In this document: positions 35,283 through 44,669 of the stretch, piece by piece | How the letters are laid out: every line of letters begins with the position of its first letter | Position numbering within the stretch: position 1 is the first letter of the stretch | Assembly: GCA_033762625.1 (NCBI GenBank) | Contig: JANRLI010000016.1 | Location: 77,660-141,659, forward strand | DNA: 64,000 nucleotides | DNA from: Alphaproteobacteria bacterium | GTDB lineage: Bacteria > Pseudomonadota > Alphaproteobacteria > UBA9219 > RGZA01 | Reading direction: 5' to 3' | Program-made: the position numbers and the translations under genes | Notes under the pieces: model-generated | The model's input: only the letters and a program-made list of their open reading frames with translations | What the model was told of the DNA's origin: nothing | Databases searched by the model: none

Positions 35283-37523
35283 TTAATTGCTGCCACTACC
35301 TGGATGCGGGTCTGCGGGCTTTGCGACATGCCCATTACCGTTCCCGTTTGTTTTCGGACGCGTTGCCGATCCCCATATACTAGTTGGTTCGCCATCATTG
35401 GCTGCACGCTGGGTCAACCCCGCCATCCAGCCTTGGCTTCGGGCGCGCATCAATTCAGCATGGGCCTCGGGAGCTTTTCTCGCCAAGTCCGACAAGCTAC
35501 GCACTTTATATTTTTCTGCCTGTACGCGGGCAGCTTCAAGCCAACGGCGCTGCGCCCCTGAGAACATGGTTACATCAAGACTATCAAGGTATTCATAAGG
35601 ATGTGTGGTGCGCGGCGTGCACATCATACGCACCGCATCGGTCGTGGGTCTGCCCATGCCCAAATTACCGCTGATGAGGGTTGCAAACACTGCTTCCTCT
35701 TCACTTACGGTTACGCCTTCAACCGATTTCACAGCGCTGCGCGCTACTGCCAATAATGGCTTCTTGGCGAGATCGCGGCGGGCTTCGGCTTTACCGATAT
35801 GCGCTTCAACAAAGGCTTCGATTTTATCAGCCGGAACTTTTGCGCGGCGAAGGAATGCGCGTGCTTTGCTTTTATCGGCCGGGTCGCTGAGCAAATGACG
35901 GCGCACCGCAAGGTAGGAGCGCTCTGGAACCACATCTTTTAATGCGCTTTGCGCATAGGCTTCAGGCAACAAGCCCGACAGATAGTTATAACAAATATGC
36001 TTTAGTAATCGGGGGTCCACTTCCTGCGGCATTTGTCCGCGGAAATAGGCCGTTGGTCGTTTATCCGGCATATCCCGCAAGGCATCATAATAATCGCGGA
36101 TATCATCCAGCAATCCGGTCAATAAGCCGTGCTGTGAAAAACGCTTGGTCAGATCAAGTCCCATGGATTTCATGCGCTTGAAGAAGCCACGTTCCAACAT
36201 CGCTTCGATAACCACTTTCGAACAAAGGGTCAGATAGAGTGCGCCAGGCGTGACCGAGCTGGCATTACCAAAATCAATCGACAGCCGACGGTTCACATCA
36301 AGAAATGCGCGCGCCGCCATCATCATTGCTGCACTTTCGGTTTCGGCCAGCCCCTTAGCCATGAAACTTTGGGCAAGCGGGTTAATTGCATACACCATCG
36401 CCGATGGCACCGCGCCGCCCGGCAAGCGCGCATAGCGCAATTCTTCGCCAGTAAAAATATTGCTATCCGCGCGGTAGGCACGCTCCAGCTTGGCAATTAC
36501 ACCTTCCATACGATCAAGAATTTCCAGCTGCGCTTCGCTTGGCATGGCGCCATAGCCGAATTTCGCAGCCTGCACCATCAATGCCTTGGTATCGGCAAAT
36601 CCGCGTCCACCTGGAATACTATCCAAAGTTAAACGGCTGATCGCAGCTTCACGGCCTTCATTATGCTTGATATGGCTAACAGCCGCAGCAGCAGCCATGG
36701 TATTCGCGCCCAGCGCGTCATCGGTCTGGTGAGTGTGAATGCCAATTTCCAAAACGCGGTTATATTTTTCTTTGAACTGTTCGGCGATCATCAACAACAC
36801 GTTGGTCACCGAATAGGCGTTGCCGTCCTTCACTTCGCCGGGCTTGTCATTCAATTGGCCGATCATATCCTTGATACTGATACGGCTGATCACATCGGGG
36901 TCAACGGCTTGTGCGATCAATGCGCGTTCGAACAGATGGCGATAATGTTCTGAGGTAAAACTGTCATCTGCCGTATAGCAAATAGCTAGCTCGCAGCTGA
37001 CATTATATCCCTTAGCGCGCATCGCGGTTAAAATCCGCAAGGTGGCGGCGTATTCTTCGGGGTTATTTTGTGCTTCGAATAAACGGAACACCACTGGGCG
37101 GCCCTTAACATCACCCTTATTCTGTGCGCCGGCTTTTTGCGCCATGGTTTCCAGAACATAGGTCAGATCATCTTCGTGCAAAGCTTCCAAACCCACGGCA
37201 AACGGGCCGCGCACCAACAAACGCATTTCCACATCGGGTGGTAATTTCTTATCCATATGCACAATCGATTCCAACGGTGGACGGCCAAGCATCACATCGC
37301 GTTGTGGCTGTGCGCCGCTTGGACCCTCGATCGCAGTGATTTTTGCAGGGCCGGCTTGGTTGAATTGACCCACTAAATCATAAAACAAATCCAGCTTTTC
37401 ATGGTTTAGCGGGATGCGATTTCCATAGGATGACTGGCTCCAGTCACGAATGACGAGCACATGGCCAAGCGAAAACGCACTTTCATCGGAAACGGACACA
37501 GCAGAAGAAACAGTATCAACCAT
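35283..37523 (-). CDS. Pyruvate-carboxylase/oxaloacetate-decarboxylase-type carboxyltransferase (HMGL-like TIM barrel + PYC_OADA conserved region) domain protein, no biotin-carrier domain, 746 aa with long unique N- and C-terminal extensions
   Basis: VVFRLFEAQNNPEEYAATLRILTAMRAKGYNVSCELAICYT (FRxFDxxND-like), SIKDMIGQL (IKDMAG-like), IGIHTHQTDDALGANTMAAAAAV (HxHNxxGxAxAxxLAAxxAG-like), RLPGGAVPS (QIPGGMLSN-like); no AMKM biotin motif. Confidence 0.5.
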   Translation of the reverse strand: MVDTVSSAVSVSDESAFSLGHVLVIRDWSQSSYGNRIPLNHEKLDLFYDLVGQFNQAGPAKITAIEGPSGAQPQRDVMLGRPPLESIVHMDKKLPPDVEMRLLVRGPFAVGLEALHEDDLTYVLETMAQKAGAQNKGDVKGRPVVFRLFEAQNNPEEYAATLRILTAMRAKGYNVSCELAICYTADDSFTSEHYRHLFERALIAQAVDPDVISRISIKDMIGQLNDKPGEVKDGNAYSVTNVLLMIAEQFKEKYNRVLEIGIHTHQTDDALGANTMAAAAAVSHIKHNEGREAAISRLTLDSIPGGRGFADTKALMVQAAKFGYGAMPSEAQLEILDRMEGVIAKLERAYRADSNIFTGEELRYARLPGGAVPSAMVYAINPLAQSFMAKGLAETESAAMMMAARAFLDVNRRLSIDFGNASSVTPGALYLTLCSKVVIEAMLERGFFKRMKSMGLDLTKRFSQHGLLTGLLDDIRDYYDALRDMPDKRPTAYFRGQMPQEVDPRLLKHICYNYLSGLLPEAYAQSALKDVVPERSYLAVRRHLLSDPADKSKARAFLRRAKVPADKIEAFVEAHIGKAEARRDLAKKPLLAVARSAVKSVEGVTVSEEEAVFATLISGNLGMGRPTTDAVRMMCTPRTTHPYEYLDSLDVTMFSGAQRRWLEAARVQAEKYKVRSLSDLARKAPEAHAELMRARSQGWMAGLTQRAANDGEPTSIWGSATRPKTNGNGNGHVAKPADPHPGSGSN

Positions 37524-37732
37524 AATGAAATTTCCTAAATGAATAGATCAGTTTGAAATACGTCGTGAACCTTATGGAACAAAGCTAATCATAAATGAGG
37601 AGGGCAAAAAAGCGTTTTTTTATCCATAAGGGTATCAGTATGCCCTTTAAGCCTAAACAACACCTTTATGTGCGTAAAATTGCGCCAATACCCTGATATT
37701 ACGGGCATTTCTTAACGCCCCTTAATACAATA

Positions 37733-40700
37733 TTATGCTGCCGCCAATGCAGGCGCCCAATGCTCGCGCTGCGCACGTTTTTCAACGCGGCGCACACCCA
37801 TGGAGTGGTCGGATGCGCCATCATAAATCTGATGTCCTGAAAGCCCGCGCGCAATACCCGCCAAGCGGAACATATATTCCGCATCCTTGCTATACGGCTG
37901 GTCCGGCGTTTCCATCGCCTTGATATACAGCGTTTCCCGCGCGATGCGCGAAAAGTCCTGCATGCGTGCGCCCATGCCCATTTGTTCATCGATATGCTGC
38001 ATGGTGATCTTGCGGATAAGGAAAGATAACTTGCTGCATGTTTCGGGGTTTGGGTTTGCTAATTCATCCTTGCTGATGAAGCCTTCGGGAATTTCAACGC
38101 CCTTGGCCTGCAAATACGGAACGGCCGCGCCCACAATATCCAACGGCAAACTCTTGGTGAAGTAATCCATCGTCTCAATGCTTACCTTTGGCGCGCCGCG
38201 CTCCTCGCGTTGCTTCAATAAATCGACAGTGAACTGCACATTGCTGATCGCCACACCAAACGCGGGGAAATCGGCAACCGCCGCGCGGTAAATAGGCGAT
38301 ACTTTATACAATGTTTGCAGGCCTTTTGGCGTTAAGGCATCGTTCTCGAAGATCACCACATCATCGCCAAATGCCTGCTGCGCATCACGCAATAATTCAG
38401 CGCGCAGATCAGGGCGCGTGCCATATAGCTGGTTGATGTATTTCGCCATATTGCGCATTGGCAATACGGCAAAGCCAACCCCCATATCCAATCCCGTCGT
38501 CGTAAAGCCAATCGTGCGCATATCGCCGGGCGCAACCGGTTTGGTGTTCGGATAAACGGCTTTGATACCGCCGGTTTCACTACGGCCTTGGCGTGAACCG
38601 GGATTATTCAACGTATGGTTCACATCATAAAAGCCAACTTCGCCCATGGCTTTGCCCAATTGGTTTTGTGCGCCATAATGGTTTTCCAGATAATCCTCAA
38701 TGGAATTGTCGATCGCATCATTCAATGCGTGTTCGCGCCCGTAATTCCACGATGCGCCATTGCCCTTCGATTTTTTAACCAGCTCCAACGCGTTGCGCGC
38801 CACCAATGTTGTCTGCAAACGCTGGAAGCGTTCGCATAGACGCAATTCGGGATTATCGCCGCCTTGATGCGTGTCCTCCATCCAATCGGCCAAGTTCGCG
38901 TCCTTGTTGAATGCGGTCGTGGAACGCACGCCGCCACGCGCCGTATCGCTTTTGCTGCCGCCATGGAACTGGCGCACATGATAGGCGGTTGGGCGTTCGT
39001 TCATTTGTTTTAAAATACCCGAAACATCCTTGGCTTGAATACGCCCATCGCGCACATAAGCTTGCAGAATTTTGGGGAATAATTCCTTCATACCCGGCAC
39101 CAGCAAATTGGCCTGGTCATAAATATTGCTGCGTGCGCGGGGCAAACCGCCACGGCGCATGCAATCGCTGTGCGCGAACTGGATTTTCAGCAGATTCACG
39201 ATGCGGGTTGGGTCACCTTGCGCCATTTCCCACATATGGTCACGCCATGCGCGCTGCTTGAACACATCTTCGAAAATGGGCACCGCCTGTGTCAGCGTTT
39301 CAATATCTTCGAGCAACGGTACAATAACCATATTCACGCCGGTCATTTTGGAAACCAACAATGTCTCCATCATTTGCAATGCGCCCTGGCATTCTGCCAA
39401 TACGTGGTCGGTGATCAGCCCATCCTGCATCCCCCCTACTTCAAAGCGTTGCAGCGTGTGCAGCGTGATGACATCTGCGTCGTGTTTGCTGTAATTGCGC
39501 ATCGTATCTGCGGTCTTACCTTCGCTCTTCAACCGCGCAAAGAAATCGGTTTTCAGTTTACCCAGTACATCACCGCCCTTGCCCAGCGCACTATTCAGCA
39601 AGGCAAGTTTTTGCGCATCTTCCAAACCGGCATAATCCTCGATTTTGTAACCGAACAGTGTTTCATTGCCATTCAACAAGGTGGCCATCACCGGCTCATA
39701 CACTTCTGCGGTTTCGCGCAAATGGAAATTCAAAAGCCCAAGGCCTAGCATTTTCGATTTACGGATAAGCGATAGCGCGGCTTTTTGCTGTGCGCCTTGG
39801 GTTGTGTGATACGCGGCAGTAAGCGATTGTTGGAACTTCGCATTCACTTCGTTGATATTGCCGCCATCAAATGCATAGACATTTTTAATTGCAGTCAACG
39901 CGCCTTCATATTCTTCGCGTGATAAGGGCAGATCAACGCCATTACCTGCACCTGCAATGCGCTTTAACAATGGCTCGATGATATCGGCCATTTCTGCGTT
40001 TTTAGCGGCCAGATAATCATTCCATGTACCGCCATCTGGCGCGCCATCCACCACCAAACCACTGTCATTTAATTGCTGCGCATACAATTCCGAAGCCTTA
40101 TGACGGAACAGCGCCGTGGCAAGCAATAAATGCTCGGAACGAATGTTGTTGTTGCCATCCTTATCGCCCATCACCCATGTGGCGAAACGCAAACTAAGCT
40201 CGGTCAGCAGGCGTTCCTGCGCGTCATATTCATAGGGCAGTATTTTCGCATCCGATAAACGCTGCATCGCGTTATCGTTCTTGCGATAGATCTCGTCGAT
40301 GTTACGGGTGAAGTCATCGGTAATATCCGCAAGCGACGCCATAATCTCCCCAAGCGGCGTCAAATTCGCCAGATTGCCGTCGTCATCCTTGAACGTCAGA
40401 TCGGCTTCCTTCATGCGCTGCAACGCTTCGAACGCTTCGCCGCGTCCGTTCATGTAATCAAGCAGCAAATGGGTTTCACCCGCATTCACGCGGCGGGTCA
40501 TTTCGCGCTGCGCCAAGGCGAACACACGGCGCGCATCGGTGAATGCGCTGGTCGTGTACCGTGTGGGGTGCGATGTGGAAACGGATGTGATCACGGGCGT
40601 CGCCAGTGCCGCGCGCATTTCCGCGCCGTTGGTGATCTCGCCAATACGGATGATTTCGCTTAGATAATGCTCCAATCCTTCAGGGATGATGGTTGAAAAA

Positions 40701-41152
40701 TCGGCCGTGCCGCGTCCATGCTGCACAATAAAATCAAATGCGCGGTCACGTTCTGGGCGGGCATCTTCCACCACATTGTCATGGCTGTGGGGCGCGGCGA
40801 CTTTGATAACCTGCCCGATGAATACCACATGTTCCATCACGCGGCGCAGGCGCGCGGGTTCGTTCTTGTATTTCTGGAATACACTGTCGAACACACCGTG
40901 GCGGCGTGCTTCCACGGCTTTTTCCATGCCGTAGAGTGTATTCAGAAAATTCGCATCGGCGAATTCATGCGCGCTATAGACACTGCTGTCGATGACCGGT
41001 GTGATCAATTCATCCGCGATCACTTCAAGATCAGGGATAAGATCGGCATCTTCTTCTGGAACCAGATGCTGCAAGATAGGGGCAATGAATGCCTTGGCGG
41101 TGCGCGCTTGGTAATAGGAGCGCAGATCTTCATTACTAATTCCGTCGAGCAC
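37733..41152 (-). CDS. Highly divergent phosphoenolpyruvate carboxylase-like protein (1139 aa)
   Basis: VSTSHPTRYTT (cf. PEPC VLTAHPTE), WVMGDKDGNNN (cf. WMGGDRDGNP), MRNYSKHDADV (cf. MIGYSDSGKDAG), FHGGSKSDTARGG (cf. FHGRGGSVGRGG) in the canonical order; lacks C-terminal QNTG. Confidence 0.45.
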   Translation of the reverse strand: MLDGISNEDLRSYYQARTAKAFIAPILQHLVPEEDADLIPDLEVIADELITPVIDSSVYSAHEFADANFLNTLYGMEKAVEARRHGVFDSVFQKYKNEPARLRRVMEHVVFIGQVIKVAAPHSHDNVVEDARPERDRAFDFIVQHGRGTADFSTIIPEGLEHYLSEIIRIGEITNGAEMRAALATPVITSVSTSHPTRYTTSAFTDARRVFALAQREMTRRVNAGETHLLLDYMNGRGEAFEALQRMKEADLTFKDDDGNLANLTPLGEIMASLADITDDFTRNIDEIYRKNDNAMQRLSDAKILPYEYDAQERLLTELSLRFATWVMGDKDGNNNIRSEHLLLATALFRHKASELYAQQLNDSGLVVDGAPDGGTWNDYLAAKNAEMADIIEPLLKRIAGAGNGVDLPLSREEYEGALTAIKNVYAFDGGNINEVNAKFQQSLTAAYHTTQGAQQKAALSLIRKSKMLGLGLLNFHLRETAEVYEPVMATLLNGNETLFGYKIEDYAGLEDAQKLALLNSALGKGGDVLGKLKTDFFARLKSEGKTADTMRNYSKHDADVITLHTLQRFEVGGMQDGLITDHVLAECQGALQMMETLLVSKMTGVNMVIVPLLEDIETLTQAVPIFEDVFKQRAWRDHMWEMAQGDPTRIVNLLKIQFAHSDCMRRGGLPRARSNIYDQANLLVPGMKELFPKILQAYVRDGRIQAKDVSGILKQMNERPTAYHVRQFHGGSKSDTARGGVRSTTAFNKDANLADWMEDTHQGGDNPELRLCERFQRLQTTLVARNALELVKKSKGNGASWNYGREHALNDAIDNSIEDYLENHYGAQNQLGKAMGEVGFYDVNHTLNNPGSRQGRSETGGIKAVYPNTKPVAPGDMRTIGFTTTGLDMGVGFAVLPMRNMAKYINQLYGTRPDLRAELLRDAQQAFGDDVVIFENDALTPKGLQTLYKVSPIYRAAVADFPAFGVAISNVQFTVDLLKQREERGAPKVSIETMDYFTKSLPLDIVGAAVPYLQAKGVEIPEGFISKDELANPNPETCSKLSFLIRKITMQHIDEQMGMGARMQDFSRIARETLYIKAMETPDQPYSKDAEYMFRLAGIARGLSGHQIYDGASDHSMGVRRVEKRAQREHWAPALAAA

Positions 41153-41321
41153 GATGGGTTATTCCTTTAAAAAATCAGACACTGAATTTGGCGTTAAAAA
41201 ATGCTTCCACTTCAAACCGGCCAACCTTATTGCCCGGAAAGCTTAACGGCTAAACCTTGCAACTAAAGAGCGTTATTTTGCAGTTGCAAAATATGGGGAA
41301 TTCGCCCAAAAACTTGACTAA

Positions 41322-41789
41322 ATGAGTATGAATTCAATTCGCCCCTCCATTGCCTTGTATCAGCCCGATATGCCGCAGAATTGCGGGGCAATCATGCGGC
41401 TTTGCGCATGTTTTGGCGTGCCGTTGCACCTTATCGAACCCTTTGGCTTTGTATGGGATGACGCAAAGGTTAAACGCGTGGCGATGGATTATATTAATTT
41501 TGTGAACATGACCCGCCACAAGGATTGGGACGCGTTTCTTAACGCCAGCAAAGGCCAACGCTTGGTGCTCCTGACTACAAAATCCTCCGCGCCCTATACC
41601 GAGTTTAAATTCGAACCATCGGACATCCTGCTTCTGGGCCGCGAAAGCGCAGGTGTGCCTGATGACGTGCATGCCATCGCCGATGCCCGCGTGGTTATCC
41701 CGTTGCAAAAAGGCCTGCGTTCTTTAAATGTAGGCATGTCCGCCGCGATTGTACTTAGCGAAGCCTTACGACAAACGAGAAATATGTAA
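41322..41789 (+). CDS. trmL: tRNA (cytidine34/uridine34-2'-O)-methyltransferase TrmL (SPOUT/SpoU family)
   Basis: 155 aa; PQNCGAIMRLCACFG...LLGRESAGVP...SLNVGMSAAIVLSEALRQ SPOUT knot motifs. Confidence 0.8.
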   Translation: MSMNSIRPSIALYQPDMPQNCGAIMRLCACFGVPLHLIEPFGFVWDDAKVKRVAMDYINFVNMTRHKDWDAFLNASKGQRLVLLTTKSSAPYTEFKFEPSDILLLGRESAGVPDDVHAIADARVVIPLQKGLRSLNVGMSAAIVLSEALRQTRNM

Positions 41790-42730
41790 TGGAAACGTCC
41801 CGCATCCAACCCATCACCGCTGCTGTGCATACCTTCCCAACACAGGAACAAAAAGAACGCGCCGCCGCATGGTTTAAAGAATTGCGTGATAGGATCTGCG
41901 CTGAATTAGAAAAGATTGAAGCAGAATATGCTTCTTCCGCCCGAGCGGTTGTTCCATCGCCAGATGGAACAGAGCGAATGGCGAATGAACCAGCGCGCTT
42001 TATTAAAAAATCATGGGAACGTGAAACGCCTGATAATCTTCCGGGCGGCGGCGGGGTTATGGGTCAATTACGTGGCCGCGTCTTTGAAAAGGGCGGCGTG
42101 AATATTTCCACAACCTATGGGCATTTCTCGCCGGAATTCCGCAAACAAATTCCAGGCGCCGCCGAAACCGGCGCATTCTGGGCCAGTGGCATCAGCCTTG
42201 TGCTGCATCCCACCAACCCGCATGTGCCGCCCGTGCATATGAATACCCGCCACATCGTCACCACACGCGGCTGGTTTGGCGGCGGCTCCGATTTAAATCC
42301 GAACATCCCGAATGATGCGGATACCACGGCGTTCCATGCACGGCTGAAACACGCATGCGATGCACATTCACCCGATTATTATGAAAAATATAAAGCATGG
42401 GCGGATGAATATTTCTTCAACAAACACCGCAACGAACCGCGCGGCGTGGGCGGCATTTTCTACGATTATCACGATAGCGGCAATTGGGATGCGGATTTCA
42501 AATTCACGCAGGATGTAGGGTTGGCGTTTCTGGATATTTATCCAAAACTGGTGCGCCGCCACATGTATGATGCGTTTACACCCGAAGATAAACAGCAGCA
42601 AAGCATCCGGCGCGGAAGGTATGTGGAATTTAATCTGGTTTATGACCGCGGCACAAAATTTGGCCTGATGACCGGCGGTAACACCGAAGCCATTTTGATG
42701 AGCCTGCCGCCCGACGCGAAGTGGATTTAA
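41789..42730 (+). CDS. hemF: Oxygen-dependent coproporphyrinogen III oxidase HemF
   Basis: GGGVMGQLRGRVFEKGGVN..., RGVGGIFYDYH, full-length 313 aa; start overlaps trmL stop (TAATGG). Confidence 0.9.
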   Translation: METSRIQPITAAVHTFPTQEQKERAAAWFKELRDRICAELEKIEAEYASSARAVVPSPDGTERMANEPARFIKKSWERETPDNLPGGGGVMGQLRGRVFEKGGVNISTTYGHFSPEFRKQIPGAAETGAFWASGISLVLHPTNPHVPPVHMNTRHIVTTRGWFGGGSDLNPNIPNDADTTAFHARLKHACDAHSPDYYEKYKAWADEYFFNKHRNEPRGVGGIFYDYHDSGNWDADFKFTQDVGLAFLDIYPKLVRRHMYDAFTPEDKQQQSIRRGRYVEFNLVYDRGTKFGLMTGGNTEAILMSLPPDAKWI

Positions 42731-43585
42731 TTACTTAAAACTTTTTTCGTATAAATCCGTGCGGCGATCGCGGAAAAAACCCCAATCCGCGCGGTAGCTT
42801 TCAATCAACTTCAAATCGAATTCCTGAACCAGAACACCGGTTTCGGTCTTGCCGAATTCCTTCACCAGAGTTCCTGCGTTATCAGCAATGAATGAATGCC
42901 CGTAAAAGTGTTGTTTTACGCCATCATTATCTTCAAGGCCAATGCGGTTGGATGCAATGACCGGTACGGCATTGCTCACTGCGTGGCCCTGCATCGCGCG
43001 TTGCCATGGCGCATGCGTATCCAATGCTGCATCATAGGGTTCTGAACCGATGGCGGTTGGATAGAATAATAATTCTGCGCCCTGCACCATCATCGCGCGT
43101 GCGCATTCGGGGTACCATTGGTCCCAGCAAATGCCAACGCCAATGGTAGCGAATTTTGTTTTCCATGCTTTAAATCCGGTATCGCCCGGGCGGAAATAAT
43201 ATTTCTCCATATATCCGGGGCCATCGGGGATATGGCTTTTGCGGTAAACACCCAAAATGCTGCCATCCGCATCGGCGATTGCCACGCTGTTGTAATAACG
43301 CGGGCCATCTTTTTCGAAGAATGAAATAGGAATAACGACTTTTAATTCTGCTGCCAATTTTGCCAGCGCGACGACGCATGGATGTTCGTTTGCGGCGAAT
43401 GCCGTTTCAAACCATTTGGGATTTTGCTGCGTGCAGAAATAAATTCCCTGAAACAGCTCAGATGGCAAAATAATCTGCGCGCCTTGTTTGGCAGCTTCAC
43501 GTACCAGTTTTTCAGTGGCCGCGATATTGGCGCGCATATCATTGCCATACTGCGTTTGCAATGCTGCGACAGTTACCTTGCTCAT
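42731..43585 (-). CDS. aguB: N-carbamoylputrescine amidohydrolase (CN-hydrolase/nitrilase superfamily) AguB
   Basis: E-K-C triad context: PSELF, YRKSHIP, GVGICWDQWYPE; start set at MSKVTVAALQ to give 2 nt overlap with aguA stop. Confidence 0.8.
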   Translation of the reverse strand: MSKVTVAALQTQYGNDMRANIAATEKLVREAAKQGAQIILPSELFQGIYFCTQQNPKWFETAFAANEHPCVVALAKLAAELKVVIPISFFEKDGPRYYNSVAIADADGSILGVYRKSHIPDGPGYMEKYYFRPGDTGFKAWKTKFATIGVGICWDQWYPECARAMMVQGAELLFYPTAIGSEPYDAALDTHAPWQRAMQGHAVSNAVPVIASNRIGLEDNDGVKQHFYGHSFIADNAGTLVKEFGKTETGVLVQEFDLKLIESYRADWGFFRDRRTDLYEKSFK

Positions 43586-44607
43586 AACGGCTCCTGCTGG
43601 GTGATGCAATGGAACGAACCACCGCCCGACCCATCGCTGCCCAATAATCCCTTGGACGATACGCCAATCACTTTACGGGTTGGGAACATTTTTTGCAATT
43701 CTTGAAGCGCTGCTGCTTCAGTCTGCGTACCATAAACAGGTACAACCACCACGCCATTGCCGATGATGAAGTTCATATGGGATGCAGGTGAAATTTCGCC
43801 CAGCTTATCGTAATAAAGCCCGGGGCTTGGAATGCGGATCACCTCCAGCTTCTTGCCCAACGCATCGGTTGCGTTCTCCAATGTTCTGGCAATATGGTTC
43901 AATGTTTCGGCATTGGGGTCATTATCGCCAACTGGCGCTTGGCATACTACGCGCCCCGGCGCAACAAACCGCGCAATATTATCGATATGCCCATCGGTAT
44001 GGTCGTTCAATAACCCCTCATCAATCCAGATGATTTTTTTTGCGCCAAGCGCACGCGCCAATTCGGTTTCTGCTTGCTGTTTGGTCCAGCCATTGCGGTT
44101 GGGGTTCAAAATCGTTTGCGCGGTGGTAAGCACGGTGCCCTGCCCGTCGTGATCGACTGCGCCGCCTTCCAATACAAAATCAAAATGCGCCGCTGGTTTA
44201 TTGGCTAATTCTGCAATACGATCACCTACTGTTGCATCATCGGGCAAATCATATTTACCGCCCCAGCTATTGGTTTTAAAGCGCAATGCAATTTGCCCAG
44301 CGCCGCTTTGTGCAAAAATTGGCCCCGTATCACGCAACCATATATCGCCATATTTGGCTGGAATTAATTCCGCAACATCGCCAATTTTTTCGCGCGCGCT
44401 GTTCATCGCGTCTTCACCGCCCATGGATGTATTCACCAGCACACGCACCTTGTTCGTGGGCGCAAGCGCATGAACCATCGCAGCAACGTCTGCGCGCGGC
44501 GACGCTAAATCACCGTTCCATTCATCATGGTTTGCTGGCCATGCGGTCCATATGGCGCGCTGCGGCGCCCATTCGGCAGGGATGAGTGGTAGTGGCTTCA
44601 TCATCAT
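43582..44607 (-). CDS. aguA: Agmatine deiminase AguA (porphyromonas-type peptidylarginine deiminase fold)
   Basis: EWAPQRAIWTAWP, WLRDTGP, GGAVDHDGQG, DGHIDNIARF, SFHCITQQ (catalytic Cys) motifs. Confidence 0.85.
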   Translation of the reverse strand: MMMKPLPLIPAEWAPQRAIWTAWPANHDEWNGDLASPRADVAAMVHALAPTNKVRVLVNTSMGGEDAMNSAREKIGDVAELIPAKYGDIWLRDTGPIFAQSGAGQIALRFKTNSWGGKYDLPDDATVGDRIAELANKPAAHFDFVLEGGAVDHDGQGTVLTTAQTILNPNRNGWTKQQAETELARALGAKKIIWIDEGLLNDHTDGHIDNIARFVAPGRVVCQAPVGDNDPNAETLNHIARTLENATDALGKKLEVIRIPSPGLYYDKLGEISPASHMNFIIGNGVVVVPVYGTQTEAAALQELQKMFPTRKVIGVSSKGLLGSDGSGGGSFHCITQQEPL

Positions 44608-44669
44608 TCAAATGCTTAGATGGTTAACGAATGCCGGAAAACTAGAAGGTAATTAGTTGCTGTGCAATC

